A stretch of DNA of 64,000 nt from Thainema sp. (GTDB lineage: Bacteria > Cyanobacteriota > Cyanobacteriia > Phormidesmidales > Phormidesmidaceae), in NCBI GenBank assembly GCA_052168235.1, contig JBQLZK010000010.1, positions 1 through 64,000 of the forward strand, written 5' to 3'. Position 1 is the stretch's first letter. Every line of letters begins with the position of its first letter. Shown piece after piece: positions 41,001-50,288 of the stretch. The position numbers and the translations under genes are program-made. Under the pieces are notes generated by a model. That model saw only the letters and a list, made by a program, of their open reading frames with translations. It did no database searches and had not been told where the DNA came from.

Positions 41001-43835
41001 CTAGCCCACAAACTCTACTGCACTGCTGTTTAAGTCCACACTAGCGTTGTTCTCAAAAACAGCCACTAAATCGAGCTTCGTGAACCATCCAAACCCTGAC
41101 TTGTTGTACAAGTAAGTATTGCCCTGAGAACTTATAGTTCGATATTCCTCGGCACTCCCATGCAATTGCAAAGTATCTTCTTGGGCATTGAAATCTTTGA
41201 CGATCGCATAATCCCAACCTAAGAACCCTTTGTAATAAGTTCCATGGGCATTCCCTAGAACAAACTTGTCTGAACCTTCACCACCAATCAACACATCTCT
41301 CTCAAGCAAGCCTCTGGTAAAACCGCTCACCCCATCCAGATAGTCATTGCCAGTACCGCCATTTAGATGGTCAGAACCGCCACTACCCAATAGCGTATCG
41401 TCACCCTCATTACCCAATAAGATGTCACGGCCAAGTTCACCATTCAGGTAATCATTCCCGGCTCCTCCAGTTAAATGATTGCTGAAGGGAGTTGCGTTCA
41501 GAACACTCACCTCAAAGGCAGTATCAATCGATGCGCCATCCGTATCTGTAGCCCGAATAGTTAACGCTGAAGCGCCTTGACTGCCGTGGGCATAGTCCAA
41601 CGTCAAGGTACCCGCAACGTTATCGATCGCCACACTGGTAAACATACTGCTGTTGGTATTTTCAACCACTTCAAACGTTAAGTCAGTGCTGGCATCTTCA
41701 ATATCACTAAAGACACTCAAGAGATCAATGACAGTATTGGGAGCATTGTCAGTCACAGTAAAGCCTGCAATGCCAGTAGTTGTAGGAGCATCATTCACGG
41801 CATTCACCAGGACAGACACCGTTGCTGTACTGGTTTCGCTACCGTCACTAATGACATACTCAAAACTCGCTTCCCCACTGAAATTAGCATCAGGGGTAAA
41901 CACCACGTTCCCATCAATGTCCAGGCTGACGGTACCGTTGCTGGCATTGCCTACTTCAACAATCTCCAGGGTTTCCAGACCCTCTGGATCAATATCATTG
42001 CTGAGCAAATCAATTGCACTGAGCGTGATTACCATATCCTCATCGGTCACAAACCCATCGTTCACAGCCGTCGGTGGAGTATTGGGAACTTCGCCAACAT
42101 ACTGAAAGTAAGTACCATTCAGGTCAAGGTCAGCCGCAATGGTTTGTGTCAGAACAGCAATGCGTTCGCCATTTTTCAGGAGATGGGTATCAGCATCCAC
42201 CTGAACCAAGCTGTATTCAGCCGACGTACCATTCAGTTGAATCTGATCCTGGAAGGATTTGAAATCTTCAAGGATGGCATAGTCTGCATCGCCTGCAGCC
42301 ACATAATAAGCTTGGTTCTCATCACCTAAGACGAAAATATCACTGGTAGAACCGCCATTCAGCGTATCAATTTCACCAGCCCCAGCAACAATACTGTCAG
42401 TGCCGTTCAGCACATCACCGCCACCAAAACCAAGCAGGGTATCATTACCTGCTCCCCCAATCATGGTATCAGCGCCGCCGCCGCCATCGATGAAATCATC
42501 TCCTGCGCCACCAGTCAGAATATCGTCACCGTTGCCTCCACTAATGAAGTCTTTAGCTGCGTCTCCATTAATGATGTCGTTCCCGTCTTCACCCAGGAGA
42601 GTATCGATACCGTCTCCCCCAGAGATCGTGTCGTTACCGCCACCACCACTGATGTTGTCAAATCCATCGGTACCGTTGAGTTCCTCATCAGCAGCAGTGC
42701 CTACCAAATTAACGCCAGAGCCAAGGTAGGAAAAGTAACTGGCCGTGAGGTCAAGGTCAGCCGCTATGGTGTTGCTTAGAATCGCGACTAATTCGCTGCC
42801 CCTTAGCAAGTGAGTGTTTGCGCCTACCTGCACCAAACTATAGTCACTGGGCAAACCATTGAGCTGGATAGAATCCTGGAAGGATTTGAAATCTTCAATC
42901 AGGGCATAGTCATTCTCGCCTGCAGCAACGTAATAGGCCTGGTTCTCATCCCCAAGGATAAAGAGATCACTGCTGGAACCGCTGTTAAGGGTATCAATCT
43001 CTCCGGCCCCAGCAGCATTGCTGTCAGAACCATTCAAGACATCACTGCCGCCAAAAGCCAGAACAGTATCATTACCCTCGCCACCAATCAGGGTGTCATT
43101 ACCACCACCACCATCAAGCAGGTCATCACCAGCACCGCCCTTCAGGCTGTCATTACCATTTCCGCCATTAACCAGGTCGTTGTCATCACCACCATCAATA
43201 TTGTCATCGCCGTCTTCACCCAGCAGGGTATCAACCCCTGCGCCTCCGGTGATGGTATCGTTACCGCCACCGCCGGCAATATTGTCAAATCCATCGGTAC
43301 CCGTCAACTCCTCGGCGGCGGCTGTCCCAACTAAGCTGACACCAGAGCCGAGATAAGTGAAGTAACTGGCATTCAGATCAAGATCGGTGGCAGTCACTCC
43401 CACCAAAACAGCTACCAAATCTCCAGCATTAAGGAGATGGGTATCCGCTCCTTCCTGGGTCAAGCTGTAGTCACTGGGAAGTCCATGCAACTGAATGGTG
43501 TCCTGAAAGAACTTAAAATCGTCAATCAGAACATAATCCGCAGCTCCCGCTGCAATATAGTAGGCTTGGGCTTTGTCGCCCAGAATAAAGGTGTCGCTAC
43601 TTGAACCACCTTTGAGAAGGTCAATCTCCCCGGCCCCAGCAGCGGTGGCATCCGTGCCATTAAGGACATCCCCTCCGCCAAAACCTTGCAGCTCATCATT
43701 ACCGGAACCTCCGATTAGTGTATCGGCTCCGGATCCTCCATCCAGGTAGTCATCGCCTGCACCTCCATTAATGAGGTCATTGCCAGTAGTCCCGACCAGA
43801 TTGTCGTTACCGCCAGTTCCATTAATCTCACTCAT
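41001..43835 (-). CDS. RTX (hemolysin-type Ca-binding repeat) surface protein with cadherin-like domains
   Basis: Many GGxGxDxLx nonamers; three homologous internal units (627-nt period between units 2 and 3); PTAVNDGFVTDED and VNDAP Ig/cadherin domains. Confidence 0.88.
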   Translation of the reverse strand: MSEINGTGGNDNLVGTTGNDLINGGAGDDYLDGGSGADTLIGGSGNDELQGFGGGDVLNGTDATAAGAGEIDLLKGGSSSDTFILGDKAQAYYIAAGAADYVLIDDFKFFQDTIQLHGLPSDYSLTQEGADTHLLNAGDLVAVLVGVTATDLDLNASYFTYLGSGVSLVGTAAAEELTGTDGFDNIAGGGGNDTITGGAGVDTLLGEDGDDNIDGGDDNDLVNGGNGNDSLKGGAGDDLLDGGGGNDTLIGGEGNDTVLAFGGSDVLNGSDSNAAGAGEIDTLNSGSSSDLFILGDENQAYYVAAGENDYALIEDFKSFQDSIQLNGLPSDYSLVQVGANTHLLRGSELVAILSNTIAADLDLTASYFSYLGSGVNLVGTAADEELNGTDGFDNISGGGGNDTISGGDGIDTLLGEDGNDIINGDAAKDFISGGNGDDILTGGAGDDFIDGGGGADTMIGGAGNDTLLGFGGGDVLNGTDSIVAGAGEIDTLNGGSTSDIFVLGDENQAYYVAAGDADYAILEDFKSFQDQIQLNGTSAEYSLVQVDADTHLLKNGERIAVLTQTIAADLDLNGTYFQYVGEVPNTPPTAVNDGFVTDEDMVITLSAIDLLSNDIDPEGLETLEIVEVGNASNGTVSLDIDGNVVFTPDANFSGEASFEYVISDGSETSTATVSVLVNAVNDAPTTTGIAGFTVTDNAPNTVIDLLSVFSDIEDASTDLTFEVVENTNSSMFTSVAIDNVAGTLTLDYAHGSQGASALTIRATDTDGASIDTAFEVSVLNATPFSNHLTGGAGNDYLNGELGRDILLGNEGDDTLLGSGGSDHLNGGTGNDYLDGVSGFTRGLLERDVLIGGEGSDKFVLGNAHGTYYKGFLGWDYAIVKDFNAQEDTLQLHGSAEEYRTISSQGNTYLYNKSGFGWFTKLDLVAVFENNASVDLNSSAVEFVG

Positions 43836-44489
43836 CTCAAAAGCTCCAATCTGTAAGGTTTACTGGTTCATCGGTCGTCGAGCTAAAGGCAGGCACGGCA
43901 AATTACCTAAGTAAATACACTTAGATTTTGAGCGGGTCAATGTTTTAGTTGTGATCGCGGATCAAAGTACAGGATCCTGACACAAGTTAGTACTAAAATG
44001 ACATTAGTTAAATTGCAATAGTCTCAACTAAGTAAGATTAAGTATCTGCCTTTAGGGACACCTAAAAATTAAGCTTTCAAAAATAGCATTCATAAGGTTT
44101 TCGCGATAGAGAGATCGCTTTTCTCCGCTAGCCATTGCACTGGCAGCAGAGGCTTCAGGTACTGTATCCTGAGCTGATGTCAAATTAGCAACACTGACAT
44201 CCTAGTCCAGCATCTCTGTATAAACAACTACTTAGCTTGAAGGTTTGGTGAAGCTTCCATGTATTTATCTTTAAAGACTATAAGTTCTGGGCCAAATATT
44301 CCTTAGCGATAGAAAGGGATGTCAGGTCTGTGGATGGTTCTCGTCTGACGGCGTGAACCATGGTTGTGCAGGATTTCCGGTTGACTTACGCAGCATACCG
44401 ATATGCTGCATCTTGAATGCTGCAAAGCTGCAGACTTCAGTCAACAATTTTACGTAGCGCTTGCAGGATGTATTAAACCTTATCGAAAT

Positions 44490-45058
44490 AGGGCAAACGC
44501 ATACTCAAGCAGCCGAGAGAAGATGTGCTAGGAATCATTGTCCCAGCCCGCTTTGAGACGTTTGCCCTTAATGCCAACTTTAGCCGACGTATCCTGGCGC
44601 AGCAGGTTGAGGGCAATATGGCGGATCAAGGCCATATTTTCAGGAGTATAGTCTTTGCGAATGCGAGAGTCATCTTCATTGAAAGCCACATCCAGCACCC
44701 AGTGGAGCTGATTTTCAATCCCCCAATGACTGCGAACCGACTGGGCAAAGCGTTCAACATCGCCATCAAGGCTGACCAGATAGTACCGCTGCTCAAGGGT
44801 GGGGGCTTGCCCTGGCACCTGTCGTTCGGCTTCTACCAAGCCAACCCGCTTGAGTCCACTCCAGAGGTGGGCATCTATCAGGTGTTCCACCTCCCCAAGT
44901 AGCCAATGTCGGCGGATCTCAATGCGTCCATGTCCACCCTCTAGAGTCTGATGAAACTCATGGGCAACATCCTTGAACTCCATCTAATGCACCCACTCAA
45001 ATAGTTGCTGCACATCCTGGTGCAGATTGCCCTGATTGCCCTTGAGACTCAGAACATA
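44490..45058 (-). pseudogene. ISAs1-family transposase remnant (3' half) with terminal IR
   Basis: YVLSLKGNQ...VH*MEF..GHGRIE.R...RSHWGIENQLHWVLDVAFNED; in-frame TAG at 44984-44986; frameshift near 44530 (WDND.LAHLLSAA*); IR-like AGGGCAAACGCAT at 44490-44502. Confidence 0.88.
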
Positions 45059-45196
45059 TCCCTCTTTTATCACTCTGGCTGGAGGAAAGCCGAACCCTGC
45101 ATTCGCTCGTCCTGCATGGCTGATGAATCCATCATGTCAGCGACGGAATTTGGACCCCTCAGATTACCACCTCTGCTTAGAGTGATAAAAGAGGGG
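45059..45196. mobile_element. MITE / internally deleted element with 17-bp perfect terminal IRs flanked by TA
   Basis: CCCTCTTTTATCACTCT (45060-45076) and AGAGTGATAAAAGAGGG (45179-45195); TA at 45057-45058 and 45197-45198. Confidence 0.75.
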
Positions 45197-45290
45197 TAGA
45201 GTACTTGCCGATATCGGATTTCCTGCTCGGTCAGCACAGACTGATCTCAGCTTTTGGTAGAATCTCGGCAAGGGTAAACCGATGATGCTC
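45197..45290 (-). pseudogene. Frameshifted N-terminal fragment resembling cyanobacterial IS4-family transposases
   Basis: Across frameshifts it reads SIIGLP-AEILPKAEI-SVLTEQEIRYRQVLY, which resembles, from memory, the GLPFxEILP...YRxxLYTP N-terminus of these transposases. Confidence 0.45.
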
Positions 45291-45295
45291 GGATA

Positions 45296-45488
45296 GGCGT
45301 TGCATAATGAAGGTATGAATTGAGGATGTTTAAGGATGCAGTGTCCAAAGTGCGGAGCGACTCATAACCGTAAGAACGGGAAAAAGAGAGGTAAACAGAA
45401 TCACATCTGTGTCACCTGTGGCCGGCAGTTTATCGACTCGTACGAGGTGCTTCGACACTTTGATTTTGACAAATCAGGCGCTGCTTGA
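45296..45488 (+). mobile_element. IS1-family remnant: left end plus truncated InsA-like ORF (45336-45488)
   Basis: End GGCGTTGCATAATGAAGGTATGAA; ORF MQCPKCGATHNRKNGKKRGKQNHICVTCGRQFIDSY (InsA zinc ribbon), 50 aa, below the ORF-track cutoff. Confidence 0.82.
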
Positions 45489-45519
45489 AGCCTTTTTTGC
45501 TCTCTTATGTCAGTGCCAT

Positions 45520-46992
45520 TCATCTAACCGTTGCTTCTGAGCGATTTGATTCGTTAGCAGAGTTGGCATTTGTCGTTGTGCTGTTGCTGTCATCAGTCAA
45601 GGTTTTATCCGTACTATCTGCTGTGTTTAAATTTGCTGTCGCTTTAGAAGTGTCTGAAGCTAAAGATTTAGTGTTGTTTTGAGCAGCTTGGGCAGCGACA
45701 TCTTCAACTCGCTGCATGAGGGCTGCGGCAATCAGCATGAAACCGCCCCCCAGAACAACAGCCGTTAATCGGTTATTGCCAAGTACATTCTCCATGAACC
45801 AGCCTAGTCCTAGCGACGCTAAAACCTCTGGCAGGACAATGAAGAAGTTGAAAATGCCCATGTAAATGCCGCTTTTCTTGGGGGGCAGCGAACCGACCAG
45901 AATGGCGTAGGGCATCGACAGCAAGCTAGCCCAGGCAATGCCTAGTCCCACCATCGGCAAAAGGACGAGGTACTGGTTATGAATGAACTGTAGCGAAATT
46001 AGGCCGATGCCGCCGCAGATGAGGCACAGCGTATGGGCAATCTTGCGGCTAGTGGCTCTGGCGAGTTTGGGTAAAACAAACGAAAACAAGAAGCAGACGG
46101 CATTATACATGGCGATGCACAGCCCAGCCCATTCAATACCGTCGGTATAGAGGGCTGTGCGTTCATCAATTGCGCCGACAATATTGCGGGCCACGGCGGG
46201 CGGGAAATAGAGAAAGACACAGTACATACCGAGCCAGCTAAAACATTGTGCCCAGGCGAGCTGGCGCATGGTCAGTGGCATGTCTCGCAGTGCTACGAAG
46301 GTTTCACGAACAGTGCCAACGATGCCGCTCCGTTCTTCCTTCTGCTGCTCAAAGGCTGCCATATCCTTGGGCGGATATTCATCAGTGGTAAAAACCGTCC
46401 AGGCAACAGTGCCGATAAATGCGATCGCACCTACATAGAACGACCACTTAACCGCCTGCGGAATCGTGTTCGGCTGTCCGGCTCCGGCTGTGATATGAAA
46501 GATATGAGATAAAATCCACGGCAGAGCTGAGGCAATTACCGCACCAATACCGATGAAGAAGCTCTGCATGGCATAACCACGGGTGCGCTGACTGGCAGGC
46601 AGGATATCGCCAACAAAGGCCCGAAAGGGTTCCATGCTGACATTGGCAGAGGTATCCAAAATCCAGAGCAGCCCTGCTGCCACCCAAAGATTTGACGAAT
46701 TGGGCATCAGCACCAGCGCAATAGAGCTGAAAATGGCTCCCACTAAGAAGTAGGGACGCCGTCGGCCCAGTCGTCCCCAGGTGTTGTCGCTCATGTTGCC
46801 AATGATCGGCTGAATGATTAACCCAGTCAGGGGAGCGGCCAGCCAGAGAATCGGAATCTGATGGGCATGGGCACCCAAATGTTCAAAAATCGCGCTGGTG
46901 TTTGCCATCTGTAAGGCCCAGCCAAACTGGATGCCAAACAGGCCAAAGCTCATATTCCACAGTTGCCAAAAATTTAGGCGTTCTTTTTCCAT
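45520..46992 (-). CDS. MFS sugar transporter (SLC45/SUT/MalT-type sucrose-maltose symporter family)
   Basis: LWNMSFGLFGIQFGWALQ, QPIIGNMSD..WGRLGRRRPY, EPFRAFVGD, GIYMGIFNFFIVLP; ~12 TM; S/T/N-rich C-terminal tail. Confidence 0.88.
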   Translation of the reverse strand: MEKERLNFWQLWNMSFGLFGIQFGWALQMANTSAIFEHLGAHAHQIPILWLAAPLTGLIIQPIIGNMSDNTWGRLGRRRPYFLVGAIFSSIALVLMPNSSNLWVAAGLLWILDTSANVSMEPFRAFVGDILPASQRTRGYAMQSFFIGIGAVIASALPWILSHIFHITAGAGQPNTIPQAVKWSFYVGAIAFIGTVAWTVFTTDEYPPKDMAAFEQQKEERSGIVGTVRETFVALRDMPLTMRQLAWAQCFSWLGMYCVFLYFPPAVARNIVGAIDERTALYTDGIEWAGLCIAMYNAVCFLFSFVLPKLARATSRKIAHTLCLICGGIGLISLQFIHNQYLVLLPMVGLGIAWASLLSMPYAILVGSLPPKKSGIYMGIFNFFIVLPEVLASLGLGWFMENVLGNNRLTAVVLGGGFMLIAAALMQRVEDVAAQAAQNNTKSLASDTSKATANLNTADSTDKTLTDDSNSTTTNANSANESNRSEATVR

Positions 46993-47133
46993 GAAGTCGT
47001 TATGCGATGCTGCGTTACCGTATCTTCTCCTTTGAGATGCTGATGAAATACTGAAACATCATTAAGCCTAGGGGCGACTATCGCTCACCGAAACGGCGTT
47101 GGATGTCTAGAAGCGTGATGCTGGAAACCTAAA

Positions 47134-47153
47134 GTGGGCAGTGCCCACCCTAC
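47134..47153 (-). repeat. GTAG-type REP-like palindrome
   Basis: Minus strand reads GTAGGGTGGGCACTGCCCAC. Confidence 0.65.
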
Positions 47154-47164
47154 GGAGACTGTAG

Positions 47165-48178
47165 CTAGAGGATGCAAGCTTCCGGTTTTAGATCTCGCTC
47201 CATGAGAGCCAGAACGGCTTCCTCTGGGGTGATCTTGCCGTTGAGCAAGCGGTAAACCTGCCGCGATATGGGCACGGGAATGGTTTCTCGATTGGCGATT
47301 TGGATCAGCACGTTGGTTGTATTCACGCCTTCAGCCGTACTTTGTAGCTCTTCCAAAATCTGGTCCAGCGTTTTACCTTGGGCGAGACCATAGCCAACGC
47401 GATAGTTCCGGCTGAGCGGACTGCTACAGGTGGCCAGCATATCGCCCAGTCCCGATAGACCAAAGAAAGTTTCGGCCTGTCCGCCTAAATGGGTGCCAAT
47501 CCGAATCACTTCCGTCAGCGCCCGCGTAATCAGGGCTGATTTCGCGTTGGTGCCCAGGTTCAGACCATCACAAACACCAACTGCGATCGCAATTACGTTC
47601 TTCAAGGTGCCGCCCAGCTCGGTGCCGATGGGGTCAGTATTGGTATAGACCCGGAAGCAATCGGAGGAAAATACCTGCTGAACGGCTTCGGCAGCGGGTT
47701 CATGTTCACTGGCAACGACGGTAGCGGCAGGCAAACCCTGCTCAATTTCCTTGGATAAGTTAGGGCCAGACAGTACGACGACGGGATGATTCGGAAAAGC
47801 CGCCTGCCAAATTTGGGACGGAGTGCGCGTCGTTTCCGGGTCAAGTCCCTTGGTTGCCGTAGCAAAAATCGTATCGCCATGCAGGGGAGCAGCCTCTAGC
47901 TGTTTGACCATTTCGTTGACCCCTTTCATCGAAATCGCCGATAGCACCAAGTGACTGCCTTCGAGGGCGTCTTCTAGCGACAAATCCCCGCGACGTGACC
48001 AGAGCTTGACCTGATGGCCGTTGTACTCGGCAATTTTAGCCAGCGCTGAACCCCAGGCTCCAGCACCCAAGACGGTGATGATCGCGGTATCGACTTGGGT
48101 AATTTGCTGGATTGCGGCTTGAGCCTCTGCGGCAAGAGAAGCATCAGTCATAGAGCTTTGTTTAACTTGGCTAACCAT
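47165..48178 (-). CDS. gpsA: NAD(P)H-dependent glycerol-3-phosphate dehydrogenase
   Basis: VLGAGAWGSALA, ATKGL, LSGPNLSKE, GGTLKNVIAIA, GLGDMLATC, SRNYRVG, AEGV. Confidence 0.95.
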   Translation of the reverse strand: MVSQVKQSSMTDASLAAEAQAAIQQITQVDTAIITVLGAGAWGSALAKIAEYNGHQVKLWSRRGDLSLEDALEGSHLVLSAISMKGVNEMVKQLEAAPLHGDTIFATATKGLDPETTRTPSQIWQAAFPNHPVVVLSGPNLSKEIEQGLPAATVVASEHEPAAEAVQQVFSSDCFRVYTNTDPIGTELGGTLKNVIAIAVGVCDGLNLGTNAKSALITRALTEVIRIGTHLGGQAETFFGLSGLGDMLATCSSPLSRNYRVGYGLAQGKTLDQILEELQSTAEGVNTTNVLIQIANRETIPVPISRQVYRLLNGKITPEEAVLALMERDLKPEACIL

Positions 48179-48242
48179 ATGTCTATTTTTCTATTGTGAA
48201 GGTGATGTATTAAAAAAACAAATCGAGATGAATCCGGATGGT

Positions 48243-48309
48243 GTAGGGGCGGGTTTAGTCATAAATCGATCGACTCTGACCCAAACTAGTCAGCGAAACC
48301 CGCCCTTAC
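48243..48309 (+). repeat. 67-bp REP-doublet element
   Basis: GTAGGGGCGGGTTT - 39 nt - AAACCCGCCCTTAC. Confidence 0.75.
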
Positions 48310-48340
48310 GCGCATGTTCAGGGTAATGAGTTCAGATTGG

Positions 48341-50038
48341 CTAAGGCAAAATCTGGAGTTCGCGCTGCGCCATGTCGGACTGCAGTAGGTAATCGGGCAG
48401 GCAGTTGTCGCGGATATAGATCCAGTACTGCTCAATGTTGCGATCGCAATCGGTCTGACTCCAACCACAGTGCTGCTTCAGGGTTTCTTCAAGAACGGAC
48501 AGCAAGTCTAAACCATAGTTGGCCTGCATAGCCAGCGTCGTGCGTCGCCGCAAAATATCCACGTAGGTATGGGCTAATTCGTGCTGAACCGCGTACACAA
48601 TTTGGGCGCGAATGTCAGGGAAACCCTCAGCGATTGGCTGGAGTAAGTCAGGATGCTGATCGGTCAGCGCTAAGACATCTGGAGCCTTAGAGCCATACAG
48701 CTTAAACAGATGAGCCACGGTAGTAACCGACAGGCGATCTGCGTACTGCTGCGTTACCTGCTCGATCTGCGGATCGTCCGGCCAGATTGCGCCGGGGAAG
48801 GAGCATTGGCGGGTCGGACAGGGCGGCGGGGTGCGGCCCTGCTTGCGATACACTGCGTCAACCAGCTCTTCGCCCACCTGTCGGAAAGTGGTCAGCTTGC
48901 CGCCAATTAGGGAAATCAGGTTAGATACCCCTGCCTGCTCATGATCATGCAGAATGTGCTTGCGGGTAATGCTGCCCGTATCCTGCCCTTCGGTATAGGG
49001 CAAGGGGCGCACACCGGAGTAGGTAAACCGGACATCGCTGCGGGTAAGCTGCGCGACGGGGAAAATCCGGTTGGTTTCGTACAGCAAATAGTCGATTTCG
49101 TCGTTGTTTGCCTTAATACGCTCCAAATCACCCTCAAAGCGGATATCTGTCGTGCCGATCAGATACATGTCCAACCACGGCACGATAAAGAACGGACGAT
49201 TATCGGACTTTGCTTCCACGTAAAATGCCGTATCCGGTGCGCCAGGGAACGGACTAACAACAATGTGACTGCCTTTGGTGCCACCCATCAGCCGCTTGGC
49301 TTCTAGAGAGATTGGCGTGTGATCCTCTTGCCCCAGTTGACAAACCTGATCGACCCAAGGGCCAGCGGTGTTGATGACAACAGCGTTATTTGTCCCTCGC
49401 ACCGTGAATTCCTTACCCGTTAGCTCATCCACACAGGTTAAGTGAGTGATCCGGTTGCGATCGCGGTGCAGCGCTGTCACCGTCACGTAGTTGAGCACGG
49501 TCGCACCCGCCGTTTGTGCCCCCAAAATATTCTCTAAACACAGCCGCTCGGCATATTCTGCTTGCCCATCGTAATACTGCGCGGCTCCTTTTAATCCCTC
49601 ATCGTCAACGGCGCGGAAAAGCTGCTGAAACTTCTTCGCAGTTAGCATTCGATGAGCTGGCACCGTTTTGTCATAGCTCAGCACATCATAGAGCAGCATC
49701 CCAGCCTGAATTTCCCAGTAGCTGCGTGCCCCCCGCCGATAAATCGGAATCGTTAACTGTACGGGATGCACCAGATGCGGCGCATGTTCGAGCAGTAATT
49801 CTCGCTCGCGGAGAGATTCTCGAACTAACCTAAATTCAAAATATTCTAGATATCGCAGCCCGCCGTGAATCAGGCGTGTTGACCAGCTACTCGTTCCGCT
49901 GGCGAAGTCATTTTTTTCTAGCAAAATGGGCTTCAGACCCCGCAGAGCGGCATCTCGCGCTGTTGCCGCTCCATTAATTCCCCCACCGATAATCAATACG
50001 TCGTACCGACTATCCGAAATGGTTTGAAAATCTCGCAT
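48341..50038 (-). CDS. glpD: FAD-dependent glycerol-3-phosphate dehydrogenase
   Basis: DVLIIGGGINGA, ASGTSSWSTRLIHGGLRYLE, GTKGSHIV, SGVRPL, GGKLTTFR; ATG at 50038 preferred. Confidence 0.95.
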   Translation of the reverse strand: MRDFQTISDSRYDVLIIGGGINGAATARDAALRGLKPILLEKNDFASGTSSWSTRLIHGGLRYLEYFEFRLVRESLRERELLLEHAPHLVHPVQLTIPIYRRGARSYWEIQAGMLLYDVLSYDKTVPAHRMLTAKKFQQLFRAVDDEGLKGAAQYYDGQAEYAERLCLENILGAQTAGATVLNYVTVTALHRDRNRITHLTCVDELTGKEFTVRGTNNAVVINTAGPWVDQVCQLGQEDHTPISLEAKRLMGGTKGSHIVVSPFPGAPDTAFYVEAKSDNRPFFIVPWLDMYLIGTTDIRFEGDLERIKANNDEIDYLLYETNRIFPVAQLTRSDVRFTYSGVRPLPYTEGQDTGSITRKHILHDHEQAGVSNLISLIGGKLTTFRQVGEELVDAVYRKQGRTPPPCPTRQCSFPGAIWPDDPQIEQVTQQYADRLSVTTVAHLFKLYGSKAPDVLALTDQHPDLLQPIAEGFPDIRAQIVYAVQHELAHTYVDILRRRTTLAMQANYGLDLLSVLEETLKQHCGWSQTDCDRNIEQYWIYIRDNCLPDYLLQSDMAQRELQILP

Positions 50039-50169
50039 GTTAACTGTTGTTGAATGTAACAAGCAGGCCGTTAACTCTATTGCAGCCGATTTCGTTTCAC
50101 AAAAAATCCAATCTTAGAAAGATTTTGGATTCAATTCTGGCAATCCTAATCGAAATGAACTCTAGTGAT

Positions 50170-50233
50170 GGGGCAGGTTTTACTGCTCAGCCTCGGTTCA
50201 ACGGCAAAATTCGTTGACTAAACCTGCCCCTAC
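50170..50233 (-). repeat. Second copy of the REP-doublet element, inverted relative to 48243-48309
   Basis: Minus strand GTAGGGGCAGGTTTAGTCA...CAGTAAAACCTGCCCC with the same 39-nt spacer. Confidence 0.75.
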
Positions 50234-50245
50234 AGCCGACTGGTG

Positions 50246-50273
50246 AAAAAGGGCGATGTGCGATCGCCCTTTT
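50246..50273 (-). terminator. Terminator-like hairpin downstream of ggpS
   Basis: AAAAGGGCGAT-GTGCG-ATCGCCCTTTT; U-tracts on both strands; contains a HIP1 site. Confidence 0.65.
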
Positions 50274-50288
50274 CTGTTCTATGGAACG

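Noticed and set aside
41653..43356. Pro/Ser-rich plus-strand ORFs
   Set aside because: Antisense of Gly/Asp-rich RTX codons
44052..44160. TTAGGGACACCTAAAAATTAA as a possible MITE/IS end
   Set aside because: No matching inverted partner or target duplication was found nearby
44525..44902. 125-aa plus-strand ORF
   Set aside because: Antisense shadow of the ISAs1 transposase remnant, whose motifs are on the minus strand
45005..45199. 64-aa plus-strand ORF
   Set aside because: Chimeric reading across the ISAs1 antisense strand and the MITE; no recognisable motifs
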